DNA of 64,000 nucleotides from Candidatus Hadarchaeota archaeon (GCA_964384105.1 CAYLJV010000003.1:64001-128000); one strand, 5' to 3'; positions 39,628 to 49,794 are shown, counted from the first letter of the stretch. Numbers and translations: made by a program. The notes: a model not told the origin generated them from the sequence alone.

Positions 39628-41775
39628 TTGAAGATTCTTCTAGTCGATGATGAAAAAGATATTTTAGAACAAGCTAAAATCTTTCTTGAAAGAAAAGAAA
39701 AATTAAAAGCCGAAACGATTACTTCTCCAAAAGAAGCTCTCAAGAATTTAGTTAATGGAGAGTTTGATGCTATTGTTTATGACTATCAAATGCCGGGAAT
39801 GAATGGCTTGGAGTTTCTTAGAGTAGTGAGGGAAGAAAAGAAGAGTGACATACCATTCATCATCTTCACGGGGAAGGGTCGAGAGGAAGTAGCGATGAAA
39901 GCTCTCAATCTCGGAGCAAATCGATACCTTAGAAAGGGTGGGGACCCTGTGACACAGTATGAAGTTTTAGCCGGTGCGATTATCGATGAAGTTGAACACA
40001 AGAGAGCTGAGAAAAGGGCGGAATCCTACGCTAGAGACTTGAAAGAGACTTTCAACTCCCTACAGGAGATAGCTTTCCTGTTAGATGAAGACCACAATAT
40101 TATTTTGGCAAATGGTCATGCCGAGAAGTTTTTTGGGAAATCGGAAGAGGAACTTAAAGACTTCAAATGCTACGAACTGGCTCACGGGACCGATGAGCCT
40201 ATCGAGGGGTGTCCTTTGAAAAAGACTTTTGATAGTAGGGAAATGGAGGAGCTGGATTTTTATGATTCAAATAAAGGGAAATATTTCCTCGCCAGAACAC
40301 ACCCGATTTTTACAGGGGAGGGGGAACCAGAAAAGTTCGTTCATCAGGTAATTGATATCACGAAGAGGAAAAAGAAGGAAGAAGATTTGAAAATCTACAA
40401 GGATCGACTAGAAACTGCCATGGAGGCGGGTAATCTAGCTTGGTGGGAGATGGAGCTACCTTCGGGGAAAGTGAGATTCAACGATAGGAAGGCGGAGATG
40501 CTGGGATATTCTCCTGGCAGATTCGAGCATTACGAGGATTTTACAGATCTTTTGCACCCTGAAGATCACGATAAAGCGATGCATGCTATGAGAGATCACC
40601 TTGAAGGTAGAGCACCTAGATATGAGGTTGAATATAGAATAAAAATGAAATCGGGCGATTATAAGTGGCTTAGGGATGTAGGTGCGATTACTGAGGACAG
40701 CGAATCAAACGATTACAGAAAAGTCACGGGCGTTGTTATTGATATTGATGAAAGAAAGAAAAAAGAGGAAAAATTACAATTTCAATCAGATATATTGGAA
40801 CAGATAGAAAATGCAGTAATAGTCACGAATTTGGAAGGAAAGGTTACCTATTGGAACAAAAAAGCTGAGGAGCTATACGGTTGGAAGGAAGAGGAAGTTC
40901 TAGGAGAGAACATTGTCGATGTTACTCCTTCGTTAGCATCTAAAGATCAAGCAGAAGAGATAATGGAGAAATTACAAAAGGGAGAGAAGTGGTCTGATGA
41001 ATTTCTGGTTCAAAGAAAAGATGGTACTGAGTTTAATGCTATCGTGACTGATGCACCCATATACAATGAAGATGGAGAAATTACGGGTATCGTTGGAGTT
41101 TCCACTGATATTAGCAAGCGTAAAGAGTTAGAGGAAAGGGAAAAGTTTCTACATTCCTTGTTGAGGCACGATGTTAGAAATAAGATGCAGATCGTCCAGG
41201 GTTACCTCGAGCTTTTGAAAGATTTTGATCTCCCAAAGGAAGCGGAGTCTTTTCTCGAAAAAGCTATGAGAAGTAGTTACGAGGGTATGGAAGTTATTGA
41301 GAAAGTTAGAACTCTAAGAAAGGCTAGTGAGGAAGAGACCAAGAGTGTAAACATTTGCTCGATGATCTACGATAGTTTGGATAATTGGAAATCTTGGGCC
41401 GAGGACGCGGGAATGGAAATAAATGTAGATTTTCCAGAGTCGAAGTGCGTGGTGAAAGGTGGTTCTCTCTTAAACGAGTTATTCTCTAATCTTGTGGAGA
41501 ATTCCATACAGCATTCCGGTGGAGAAATAATCGAGATTTCAGGTGAAATAATTGATAGCGAATTTGTCTGTGTAATAGAGGATAATGGACAGGGTATTGC
41601 TGACGAGAATAAAGATAGGATCTTCGATAAGGGATACACGACGGATGAGGGTCGTGGATCCGGCCTTGGACTGTTTCTGGTAAAGGCGCTTTTGGATATC
41701 TATGGTGGGGATATTGAGGTTGGGGACTCCGAGCTCGGCGGAGCTAAGTTCGAGATTCGGTTGAAAATGGCATAG
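39628..41775 (+). CDS. hybrid sensor kinase: REC-3xPAS-HisKA-HATPase
   Basis: VDDE, DYQMP, RHDVRN, EDNGQG, GSGLGL. Confidence 0.92.
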   Translation: MKILLVDDEKDILEQAKIFLERKEKLKAETITSPKEALKNLVNGEFDAIVYDYQMPGMNGLEFLRVVREEKKSDIPFIIFTGKGREEVAMKALNLGANRYLRKGGDPVTQYEVLAGAIIDEVEHKRAEKRAESYARDLKETFNSLQEIAFLLDEDHNIILANGHAEKFFGKSEEELKDFKCYELAHGTDEPIEGCPLKKTFDSREMEELDFYDSNKGKYFLARTHPIFTGEGEPEKFVHQVIDITKRKKKEEDLKIYKDRLETAMEAGNLAWWEMELPSGKVRFNDRKAEMLGYSPGRFEHYEDFTDLLHPEDHDKAMHAMRDHLEGRAPRYEVEYRIKMKSGDYKWLRDVGAITEDSESNDYRKVTGVVIDIDERKKKEEKLQFQSDILEQIENAVIVTNLEGKVTYWNKKAEELYGWKEEEVLGENIVDVTPSLASKDQAEEIMEKLQKGEKWSDEFLVQRKDGTEFNAIVTDAPIYNEDGEITGIVGVSTDISKRKELEEREKFLHSLLRHDVRNKMQIVQGYLELLKDFDLPKEAESFLEKAMRSSYEGMEVIEKVRTLRKASEEETKSVNICSMIYDSLDNWKSWAEDAGMEINVDFPESKCVVKGGSLLNELFSNLVENSIQHSGGEIIEISGEIIDSEFVCVIEDNGQGIADENKDRIFDKGYTTDEGRGSGLGLFLVKALLDIYGGDIEVGDSELGGAKFEIRLKMA

Positions 41776-41913
41776 TATTTCTCTTGGCCCGGTCAAATTA
41801 TACTACTAAGATGAAGATCCGAGCACATTCCCACCTTTTTTAAACTAAGATAACATGTGTAGAAACTGATTCTACTGTCAATTGTTTTTAGGATTCAATA
41901 TTTGGAGGTGTAA

Positions 41914-42306
41914 TTGATGCAAAGTTTGCAGAATCTACCGTCCCAAGCTCAGGAGAAGCTAGAGGAACTTCAAAAGCAGAGGGAAAAGCTTCAGGAGATC
42001 GAAGAAGAGAAAAGCAGGATTAAAGTGAGGAAGGAACGTCTAGAAAGAGGTGAGAATGCTTTAAAAGAAGTAGATCGGGGAGATGAGGTCTTCAAAGCTT
42101 CCGGCCCCGTTATAGTCAAGACTAGCAAGGAAGATTTCATGGAAGAGATATCAGAGCAGAAGAAAAGCATGGAGGAGAGGTTAGAGTCCATAGAAAGCAA
42201 AAAAGATGAGATCAAGAAAAAAGCTATAGAAAACCAAAAGGAACTGAAGAAGAGAGCCAAGCGAAACAAAAAGGAGTCTAAAGACAAAAATTCGATGTTC
42301 AGTTGA
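41914..42306 (+). CDS. pfdB: prefoldin beta subunit-like protein
   Basis: LP...Q coiled coil, VFKASGPVIVK hairpin, coiled coil. Confidence 0.75.
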   Translation: MMQSLQNLPSQAQEKLEELQKQREKLQEIEEEKSRIKVRKERLERGENALKEVDRGDEVFKASGPVIVKTSKEDFMEEISEQKKSMEERLESIESKKDEIKKKAIENQKELKKRAKRNKKESKDKNSMFS

Positions 42307-42386
42307 GCTAATTTTCAGTATATTTGATACCGTTGAGTGAACGGGTTAAAAAACTAAATAAAAAATAAAAGTGGAAGAAAACGGTC

Positions 42387-42668
42387 TTACCCGCTTTTTC
42401 CTAGTCTTATCGATATCGAGGATACGTTTGAAGTACTTCCGTCCTCATTTTCGAGTTCTTCCGTTTCTGTTTCTATGTCGAGAATTTCTAGGTCCTTCAA
42501 AAATCTGTTTTTGGTTATCTCCGCAGTATCTACAGCTCTGCTGATAGCTCCTCCACGAGCCTTCAGAAAAACTTCGTCACTTCCTTTGTTAAACTGTGTC
42601 ACTACGGCGAGAACATAGTCCATTGGACCCTTCTTGCTCCCAACGTAAACAACGTTGTCATCTGCCAT
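42387..42668 (-). CDS. albA: DNA/RNA-binding protein Alba
   Basis: [27 protein letters not shown]. Confidence 0.93.
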   Translation of the reverse strand: MADDNVVYVGSKKGPMDYVLAVVTQFNKGSDEVFLKARGGAISRAVDTAEITKNRFLKDLEILDIETETEELENEDGSTSNVSSISIRLGKSG

Positions 42669-42831
42669 TATTTCACCTCCTTATTGTCTGCTTGACAGCT
42701 AGGTTCAGTATTACATCAAATATTACCGTATTTCTGTTCCAGCTGAATCAGTTTCTATTATATCGTTTTCAGGTTTAATGTTTATGCCTTTGCCTGGTAT
42801 TGGTAACAATACCATTTAAAAGCGGTTCCTT

Positions 42832-43062
42832 CTAATCTCCGTAAGTGATTTCAACACTGTCCGAATGCTCTTCGCATAGATATTTTACTTCGTCTTCTTC
42901 ATAGACCAGCCTAGTTGGCTTTTTTCCGCAAACTTCGCATGGTTGTGTATTGCCAAAAGTTACTGGTGGCCAGGGTTCATTAGGATGTTGGCCTTTTATG
43001 TGCTTTTTCCATCCTTTGTATTCCTTTCCACAGTACGGACATTCTCTTTTACCATCTGTCAT
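42832..43062 (-). CDS. small C2H2 plus CxxC/CxxH zinc-finger protein
   Basis: CPYCG...HIKGQH; CEVCG...LCEEH; GGAGG RBS. Confidence 0.7.
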   Translation of the reverse strand: MTDGKRECPYCGKEYKGWKKHIKGQHPNEPWPPVTFGNTQPCEVCGKKPTRLVYEEDEVKYLCEEHSDSVEITYGD

Positions 43063-43329
43063 TCTATTTCTTCTACCTCCTTACGGGTTTACTAGTTGCT
43101 TTTTCTGTCTCGCTCAGGACACAGAGCGAATATTAAACCTAAAGTGAGAGATATCTTTCAGTAATAATATTTATTTTCATGCATTTCAATCCTTTGTTCC
43201 CCTTTTTGATTTTTTCCCCCCTGTTTCTCGGAATTATAGTTAAAAATAATGTGTTAAGGTTTTATTTTCAAGTTATTCAATTATATTCTATGAACGAGAA
43301 ATAATTCAATTGATAAAATAGATGATACT

Positions 43330-43749
43330 ATGAGAAATAAAAAGGAAATGTTAGAAGACGTGAGAAATGATGCTAGAGAAAATGGATATTATGTCTGTCC
43401 GGATGAGGACCTTTTAGATGATCTGATAGAGGGGTTAGTAAAGAACGAGAAAAGATATGGGTATGCTTTTTGTCCATGTAGGTGGGCCAGCGGAGTTCCA
43501 ACGCGTGATGTAGATGTTATTTGCCCTTGTGGGTATAGAGTTCCGGATGTTGAAGAATACGGTCAGTGTTACTGTGGTCTTTTCGTTTCGAAAAAGCTTA
43601 AAGATGATTCGTCCAAACTCGGTTCAATCCCTGAAAGACGTCCGAAAAAATTGATAGAAGCAGCGGATGAAGCAAGAAAGAAAAAGGAACACGGAGAAAT
43701 AGACCGGAAGATTTTGGAATCAGATGTGAGGAAGGGACTTGGTCGATAG
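43330..43749 (+). CDS. ferredoxin:thioredoxin reductase catalytic subunit-like protein
   Basis: CPCR, CPC, CYCGLF motifs. Confidence 0.88.
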   Translation: MRNKKEMLEDVRNDARENGYYVCPDEDLLDDLIEGLVKNEKRYGYAFCPCRWASGVPTRDVDVICPCGYRVPDVEEYGQCYCGLFVSKKLKDDSSKLGSIPERRPKKLIEAADEARKKKEHGEIDRKILESDVRKGLGR

Positions 43750-44003
43750 GGCATTGCGAAGTTCGGATACAGTGGAAATAAGTCTTTTTCGAAAGGTTTG
43801 AGAGATTATTGAGATAATTCTGAGCATTGGATTTCGTGAACATACACATACAATTATTTTTTGACAATTCTGGGAAGTATTCCGATTGATCTGATTCTTT
43901 TATTGAAGAACTTGTATTCTTGAACATACTTACAAATATTAAGATCTTTTTGAGCTTTTGCTAAGAATATTCGATAATTCGACTGGTAATTTCTCGTTTA
44001 TAA

Positions 44004-44058
44004 GATTCAGGGCACAGTGCACTCTAACTCGTACATAAAGGTCGCTCGGAGGAGGATC
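44004..44058. repeat. 55-bp conserved block, copy 1 (copy 2 at 59441-59495)
   Basis: 51/55 identical; both copies lie about 70 bp upstream of a REC-PAS-HK gene. Confidence 0.9.
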
Positions 44059-44129
44059 GACCATAAAAAAGGAAAATTATTGAAATTGAGGTAATTTTTA
44101 ACCTCGAATACATATTAATATTAAGTGAT

Positions 44130-46661
44130 ATGAGGGTTCTGTTTGTTGATGACGAGCCTGACATCTTAGAACAGGCAAAACTCTTTCTCGAGAAAGAGAA
44201 AGATGGACTGGATATTGACACTGTTATTTCTGCTGGGAAAGCTCTGGAATTGTTTGAGAAAAACGATTATGATTGTATTGTTTCGGATTACCAGATGCCT
44301 GAGATGGATGGGCTTAGCTTTTTAAAAATTTTAAGAAATGAAAGGCAAAATAGCATTCCATTCATAATGTTCACCGGTAAAGGTCGTGAAGAAGTTGCTA
44401 TAGAAGCCCTTAACTTGGGAGCAGATCGTTATCTACAGAAGGGTGGAGATCCACGGTCACAATATGATGTTTTGGCTCAGGCGATAATCCAAGAGATTGA
44501 ATACAGTCAAATGGAGGAAAGGGAAAACTTCTTCGAGATTTCAGCTACTCACGCCCCCGAAGCTATTTTCGTGTCCGATAAGAATGCAAATATTATTTAT
44601 GTTAACAAACAAGCATCTGAAAATCTAGGTTATTCTATCGAGGAATTGGAAGATATGAAAATTTTTGATCTTGATCCAAACTTTTCCTCGAAAAATTGGA
44701 ATCAACATTGGAAAAAGTCACGTAAAAAAGGAAAAACAAGGATTGAATCTGACCATATAAAAAAAGATGGAACAAAATTCTCTGTAGAGCTTCTGATTAA
44801 TCATATAGAACATATGGGTGAAGAATATCACTTCACATTTGCAAGGGATATCACCGATAGAAAGAAAATGGAGAAAGAGCTCTCTTTTGAGTCTGATTTG
44901 ATGGAGTCTCTTATGGATAATCTCCCTGATTTCGTATACTTCAAGGATGAGGATGCCCGTTACGTGGAAGTTAGTGAAAGTTACGCTGAAATGATTAATA
45001 TGGAAAAGGATGAGATTATCGGGAGGAAAGTGACGGATCTTTATTCTGAAGACGAGGGCAATAGGATGCATGAGGATGATTTGAGAGTGATAGAAGAGGG
45101 TGGAAAGATAGTCGACAAGGAAGACAAGATTACCATCCCTAATGGAGAAACCAGATGGATGTCCACTACAAAAATTCCAAGGTATGACGATGAAGGTAAT
45201 GTTATAGGAATGTTTGGTGTTTCTCGAGATATTACGGATAGAATGAGGTTAGAGAAGAGAATCGCTAATGAGAGAGACATGTTTGTGGAGGGGCCGGTTG
45301 TGGTCTTTAGCTGGTTAAACGAGTCGGGTTGGCCTATCGATTATGTTTCTCCTAACGTTGAGGAAGTCCTTGGTTACGAACCAGAGGACTTCACGGGTGG
45401 TGATCTTGTCTATACTGACGTCATAGCTGATGAGGACGTAGATAAAGTGATAGAAGAGAACCGGGAGGCTAGTGAGAGAGGGGAACCAAGGTTTGAACAT
45501 TCCCCTTATAGGATAGTCAAGAAGAACGGGGATGAGATCTGGGTTTACGATCTTACGACGATAGTTAGAAATGACAAAGGCGAGATAACTCGCTATCAGG
45601 GATATATTCTCGACATTACCCAACAGATGGAGAGAGAGGAGGAATCGAGATTATCCAAAGATATAATCACGAAGAGCCCTATTGTTGTGTTCTTGTGGAG
45701 GAATGAGGAGGGGTGGCCTGTGGAATTTGTTACTGAAGATGTTGTGGATATTTATGGCTACAGTCCTGAGGATTTTACTTTCGAAAATATGAAATTCATT
45801 GATACTATTCATCCTGATGATCGGTCAAGAGTCAGAGAGGAGGTTATTGAGAGCAGTAAGAAGGGACGAGAGAGAATCTCACATGAACCTTACCGTATAA
45901 TTACGAGGGAGGGAAATGTTAGATGGATCAAAGACGAAACTTACATCAAAAGGGACGAGAAAGGTAATATATTGAACTATCGGGGTATTCAAGAAGACAT
46001 CACTCAAAGGAAAAAGGCAGAGGAGAGGGAGGAATTTCTACACTCATTACTTAGACATGATGTTCGTAACAAGGCTCAAATTGTTCAGGGTTATTTGGAG
46101 CTTCTTAGGGATACTGACCTTTCAGAGGAGCAGAGTGAACTTATTGAGAAGGCCAGTAAAGCTTCAGAAGTAGGAGTAGATATTATTGAGAAGGTTAGAA
46201 CACTTCGAAAGGTAAGTGAAGAGAGGAGAATTAGTGAAGTTGGTATCAGAGTGATTCTTAAGAACGTGATCAGTGGGAAGGAATCACAGGCTTCGGAAAG
46301 GGATATAGAGATAGATTTTGAAATGGAGGGTTGCAAGGTTCTAGGAGGTCCCCTATTGGAGGAGCTATTCTCAAACTTAGTGGAAAATTCCATCAAGCAT
46401 GCTGACTGCGAGAAGATCCGAATATCCGGAAGAAAGACGAGTGAAGAGTGTATAATTACAGTCGAGGATGATGGTAAGGGAATTTCAGACGAAGATAAAA
46501 ACAAAATTTTCGAAAAAGGGTTTAAAAGCGGCAAAACTGGCGGTTCAGGACTTGGATTATTCCTTGTGAAGGAAATAGCTGAGTCTTACGGTGGTAGTGT
46601 TGAAGTCAATGACTCGGAACTAGGAGGCGCAAGATTCGACGTTCATTTGAAGAAAACCTAA
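44130..46661 (+). CDS. hybrid sensor kinase: REC-4xPAS-HisKA-HATPase
   Basis: VDDE, SDYQMP, RHDVRN, EDDGKG, GSGLGL. Confidence 0.92.
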   Translation: MRVLFVDDEPDILEQAKLFLEKEKDGLDIDTVISAGKALELFEKNDYDCIVSDYQMPEMDGLSFLKILRNERQNSIPFIMFTGKGREEVAIEALNLGADRYLQKGGDPRSQYDVLAQAIIQEIEYSQMEERENFFEISATHAPEAIFVSDKNANIIYVNKQASENLGYSIEELEDMKIFDLDPNFSSKNWNQHWKKSRKKGKTRIESDHIKKDGTKFSVELLINHIEHMGEEYHFTFARDITDRKKMEKELSFESDLMESLMDNLPDFVYFKDEDARYVEVSESYAEMINMEKDEIIGRKVTDLYSEDEGNRMHEDDLRVIEEGGKIVDKEDKITIPNGETRWMSTTKIPRYDDEGNVIGMFGVSRDITDRMRLEKRIANERDMFVEGPVVVFSWLNESGWPIDYVSPNVEEVLGYEPEDFTGGDLVYTDVIADEDVDKVIEENREASERGEPRFEHSPYRIVKKNGDEIWVYDLTTIVRNDKGEITRYQGYILDITQQMEREEESRLSKDIITKSPIVVFLWRNEEGWPVEFVTEDVVDIYGYSPEDFTFENMKFIDTIHPDDRSRVREEVIESSKKGRERISHEPYRIITREGNVRWIKDETYIKRDEKGNILNYRGIQEDITQRKKAEEREEFLHSLLRHDVRNKAQIVQGYLELLRDTDLSEEQSELIEKASKASEVGVDIIEKVRTLRKVSEERRISEVGIRVILKNVISGKESQASERDIEIDFEMEGCKVLGGPLLEELFSNLVENSIKHADCEKIRISGRKTSEECIITVEDDGKGISDEDKNKIFEKGFKSGKTGGSGLGLFLVKEIAESYGGSVEVNDSELGGARFDVHLKKT

Positions 46662-46721
46662 TCTCAAAAATTCCTTCAAGATATTCATCCGTGAAAGTTT
46701 AAGGGGCTAGAGTTAATTACG

Positions 46722-47129
46722 ATGAAACATGTTAATATTTTGAGAGATAATATGACAAAAAAAGAAAAAATGGAAGAAGAGACTAAAAAGGTAGCCGAGG
46801 AAGTAACTGAAAACATTAAAAAGGTAGCTGAAGAGGCTACTGAGGAAATAAAAAAAGCTGGTCAAGAAGCCGCCAAAGAAATAAAGAGAAGCGCTGATGA
46901 GACCGAAGTCTTTCTAGTTAAGGAAGGCTCAGCAGTAGCTGGAAAAACCGTAGAGGATATAGACAAACAGGGACTTTTGGGAAAAGATGCTTTGATCGTA
47001 GAGATAGAACGAAACGATGGAAAGGTAACACCAAAAGGAGATACTGTTCTAGAGGCCGGAGACACCGTCAAGATTACACCTTCTAGCGGAATCTCAGAAA
47101 AAACAAGGATCGCCTTCAACAAAGAATAA
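46722..47129 (+). CDS. TrkA-C (RCK_C) domain protein with N-terminal 11-mer helical repeats
   Basis: KKVAEE repeats; GSAVAGKTV...IER...PKGDTVLEAGD. Confidence 0.75.
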   Translation: MKHVNILRDNMTKKEKMEEETKKVAEEVTENIKKVAEEATEEIKKAGQEAAKEIKRSADETEVFLVKEGSAVAGKTVEDIDKQGLLGKDALIVEIERNDGKVTPKGDTVLEAGDTVKITPSSGISEKTRIAFNKE

Positions 47130-47208
47130 CTCAATCGGAGTTTAACACTGATCAGATAGGCAAGTAGTATTATTACCAAAAATAGAAGTAGATTTGGAAT
47201 TTTAAGAA

Positions 47209-47535
47209 TTATTCTTCTTTTGAATCCCCATAGAAGATATTCTCATCCGCTTGTTTTGGATGTTCCTTGAACATCCTATCCTCAAGATCGCTCTTTATTT
47301 GCCTCAAATGTTTAGAAATCTGATGATACTTTTCACTATAGACCGATTTTGGAACCGAATCAAGTTCCTGAGATAATTCATGAAGTTCTCTTCGAACATT
47401 TTTTACCTTTTCGGCAATTTTCTTCCACTTCTCAAAATCTGTTTTTTCGATTTTTACACCTCCCACTTCACCAGTTAAATATGGCTTCATCAACTTTAAT
47501 CTTTTCAAACCCACAACAATTTTTATTAAACTCAA
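47209..47535 (-). CDS. hypothetical protein
   Basis: Helical ORF; start probably near GGAGGTG-preceded ...EKTDFEKW. Confidence 0.5.
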   Translation of the reverse strand: MSLIKIVVGLKRLKLMKPYLTGEVGGVKIEKTDFEKWKKIAEKVKNVRRELHELSQELDSVPKSVYSEKYHQISKHLRQIKSDLEDRMFKEHPKQADENIFYGDSKEE

Positions 47536-47690
47536 AATTAGGAGATACTTACTGCAACTATCTGATTCCTTTTTGGCTAATTGTACTTATATCACTCAAA
47601 TTGAACGCTTTCATTAATTATCTTAATCTTAAACTCGATTGTACGCACAATTAAATAGGATTAAGTAGGCTTGCTTACGCGGAAAGGACT

Positions 47691-47936
47691 ATGTCAAAGA
47701 AAGCTACAACACTTTATCTTGATGAGGGAACAGTAAAGGAAGCTAAGAGATTAGGTTTTAACTTATCCAGGTCTTGTGAAATAGCGTTAGAACGGAGAAT
47801 ACTGGCTGAGAAACGCAGGTTATCATTCGATTATTCGGAAAACTCTAAAGAAGTCAAACCTAAAATTAATCCTACAGTGATTGCGGGGGTTGCCAAGTCA
47901 GGTCAACGGCGCAGCGTTGAGGGCGCTGTCCCATAG
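47691..47936 (+). CDS. CcdA-like ribbon-helix-helix protein, homologous to the integrase N-terminus and reading into tRNA-Leu
   Basis: TTLYLDEGTVKEAKRLGFNLSRSCEIALERRI vs integrase ITVQISKSLVERAEEEGLNVSKSCELALERRI. Confidence 0.75.
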   Translation: MSKKATTLYLDEGTVKEAKRLGFNLSRSCEIALERRILAEKRRLSFDYSENSKEVKPKINPTVIAGVAKSGQRRSVEGAVP

Positions 47937-47970
47937 GGGTTCCGGGGTTCGAATCCCCGCCCCCGCACCA
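47883..47970 (+). tRNA. tRNA-Leu(GAG)
   Basis: GCGGGGG/CCCCCGC acceptor, CAGCG-TTGAGGG-CGCTG anticodon arm, variable arm, GGTTCGAATCC, CCA. Confidence 0.97.
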
Positions 47971-48249
47971 TAAACCTCAATTCACGGGGGGAGATTAATT
48001 GTAAGTTTCAACCAACTGGTTAATTTTAACTCTTTTATAGAGTTCCTAGAATAACCTGTGAAGTGATATTTACCCCGCTAAGAGCAATCTAATGGGCAAC
48101 ACCTCAGGAACGAAAAATGAAGTAATAAACCTGTCCAGTTAAGACGGTATTAACTTTCTCAAAATAGAAGTATATACTCCCACCTTCTGTTCTTCCACTT
48201 GAAAATAGTTATTCACCCGACAAAGAGAGTGAAGTTCGTTATATTTCTG

Positions 48250-48930
48250 CTATTCTATTTTATCCAAAATGTAATCCGCACCACCCTGGGTTACCCAATA
48301 ATCTGCGGATAGTCCTGAAGGAAAATAAGTTTCAATCTTCTTTGGTTCATTTTCCAACTTATCTTCAATATATTCTCCATACCAGTCCTGAACATTTCCT
48401 CCCATAAGTACAATCTTCTCAGGCTCAAAGTCTTTAATAATCTGACGAAGGTAAGGATGACAAAATTCAGCCGCCTTATCAGGATTATTATCCTTATCAG
48501 ATACATAGCAGTGTATGAAGTCCGTCATGACCCATTCTTTTTCTTGATGATTTAACGCATTCAAGAGTTTGTATATCTCCCTACAATTAAACGAGGGGAA
48601 CTGATAGGATTTATCCAAATAGACCGGTTCTTTCTTATTGCCTGGCTTAGCTACTTTCTTATCATTTCTAAGATAATAATCTGCCATTTCCTCGGCTTGT
48701 TCTTCGGCGGAGTTCAATCCTTTCCATGTGTGACCGCCTCCATGCCCTTTTGAGACAATCAGAACATCAATAGGGGATTTTATTGGAGAAGGATTGGATA
48801 TAACTCCGACAAAAGGAGAATATTCATTGCCGAACTTCTTCTCTTCATCTTCAAATTTACTTCTGCTTTCTCGGCATTTTTGACAACGGTCTTTCTTTTC
48901 AAGTTTTGCAGAGTATTCCTTATAATCCAT
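48250..48930 (-). CDS. uracil-DNA glycosylase-like (family 4-type fold) protein
   Basis: CQKC, VLIVSKGHG, TDFIHC, FCHPYL..II....PEKIVLMG, YFPS. Confidence 0.65.
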   Translation of the reverse strand: MDYKEYSAKLEKKDRCQKCRESRSKFEDEEKKFGNEYSPFVGVISNPSPIKSPIDVLIVSKGHGGGHTWKGLNSAEEQAEEMADYYLRNDKKVAKPGNKKEPVYLDKSYQFPSFNCREIYKLLNALNHQEKEWVMTDFIHCYVSDKDNNPDKAAEFCHPYLRQIIKDFEPEKIVLMGGNVQDWYGEYIEDKLENEPKKIETYFPSGLSADYWVTQGGADYILDKIE

Positions 48931-49117
48931 ATATCTCTAATAAGCATGACTCAAGAATAAATAAAAATTCTGGACAGATGGAGAAAAATTTTCTGTAAAG
49001 TCAAAAAAATTGAAGCTAATAGTGTGTTAACTTTCTATTTTCTCTGACCTGAACCGGAATGCTTGTTCTTCGGTCACGCACCATAATCTTAATCTTTTGG
49101 ATGTCTAAACTCCATGT

Positions 49118-49612
49118 ATGTTCAAAGGAAGTAATTTACAGGGTAAAACAGAAAGCATGTTCAGGGCTTTTTCCTGGTGTCTGGTTCTAACACTGGTTGT
49201 GATATTCTCTGTTTATCCTATTGCCTCAAGAAATCTTACCAGTTTAGCAGGTCCAATACTTTTAATTCTCGGACTTACACCTCTTGCTGTTCTGAAAGTA
49301 AACAACGAATCTTTAGCATCTGTAGGTGCTGATATTGCCTTCGGAGCCTTTGATACAGGTTTCATGACTATAGCAACTCTTGCTGGAGCTACATTTGCAG
49401 GAATTTTGGGAGCTGTAATATGAGCTGAAGCTGGAGATGCTATAACCGATGCTTGGGCTGGTCTAATTGAGGGAAAAGTAGCATCTTGGCTCCGTGAGAG
49501 GGGGATAGATGAAGCTCGCAGGCCTTTTACTACTTCGATGGGAAAAATGTCAGGATGTTTATTAGGAGCTGGAGTTACAGTTTCCATAGCTAGCATAATT
49601 GGAATTTTTTAA
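49118..49612 (+). pseudogene. membrane protein with internal in-frame TGA (49421-49423)
   Basis: GAVI*AEAGDAITDAWAG...GKMSGCLLGAG continues in frame to TAA at 49610-49612. Confidence 0.65.
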
Positions 49613-49650
49613 TAGAAACCAAACTTTATTCTGTAATTTCAATAAAAGAA

Positions 49651-49794
49651 CTAGCCCAGAGAGTTGAATTTATCCAAAATATCTTTTTTAATCTCTTCTT
49701 CAGTCTCCAAAGAATCTAAAACTATAATCACTTCTTCTTCAGTCAGATCATAGAGATTGAATACAATTGCATCAATTAAATTATCTGTTTCTTG
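49651..49794 (-). pseudogene. C-terminal remnant of an Eco57I/type IIG-like restriction-modification enzyme
   Basis: QETDNLIDAIVFNLYDLTEEEVIIV...*, matching the ID..V..LY.LT.EE tail motif; no upstream gene body. Confidence 0.6.
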
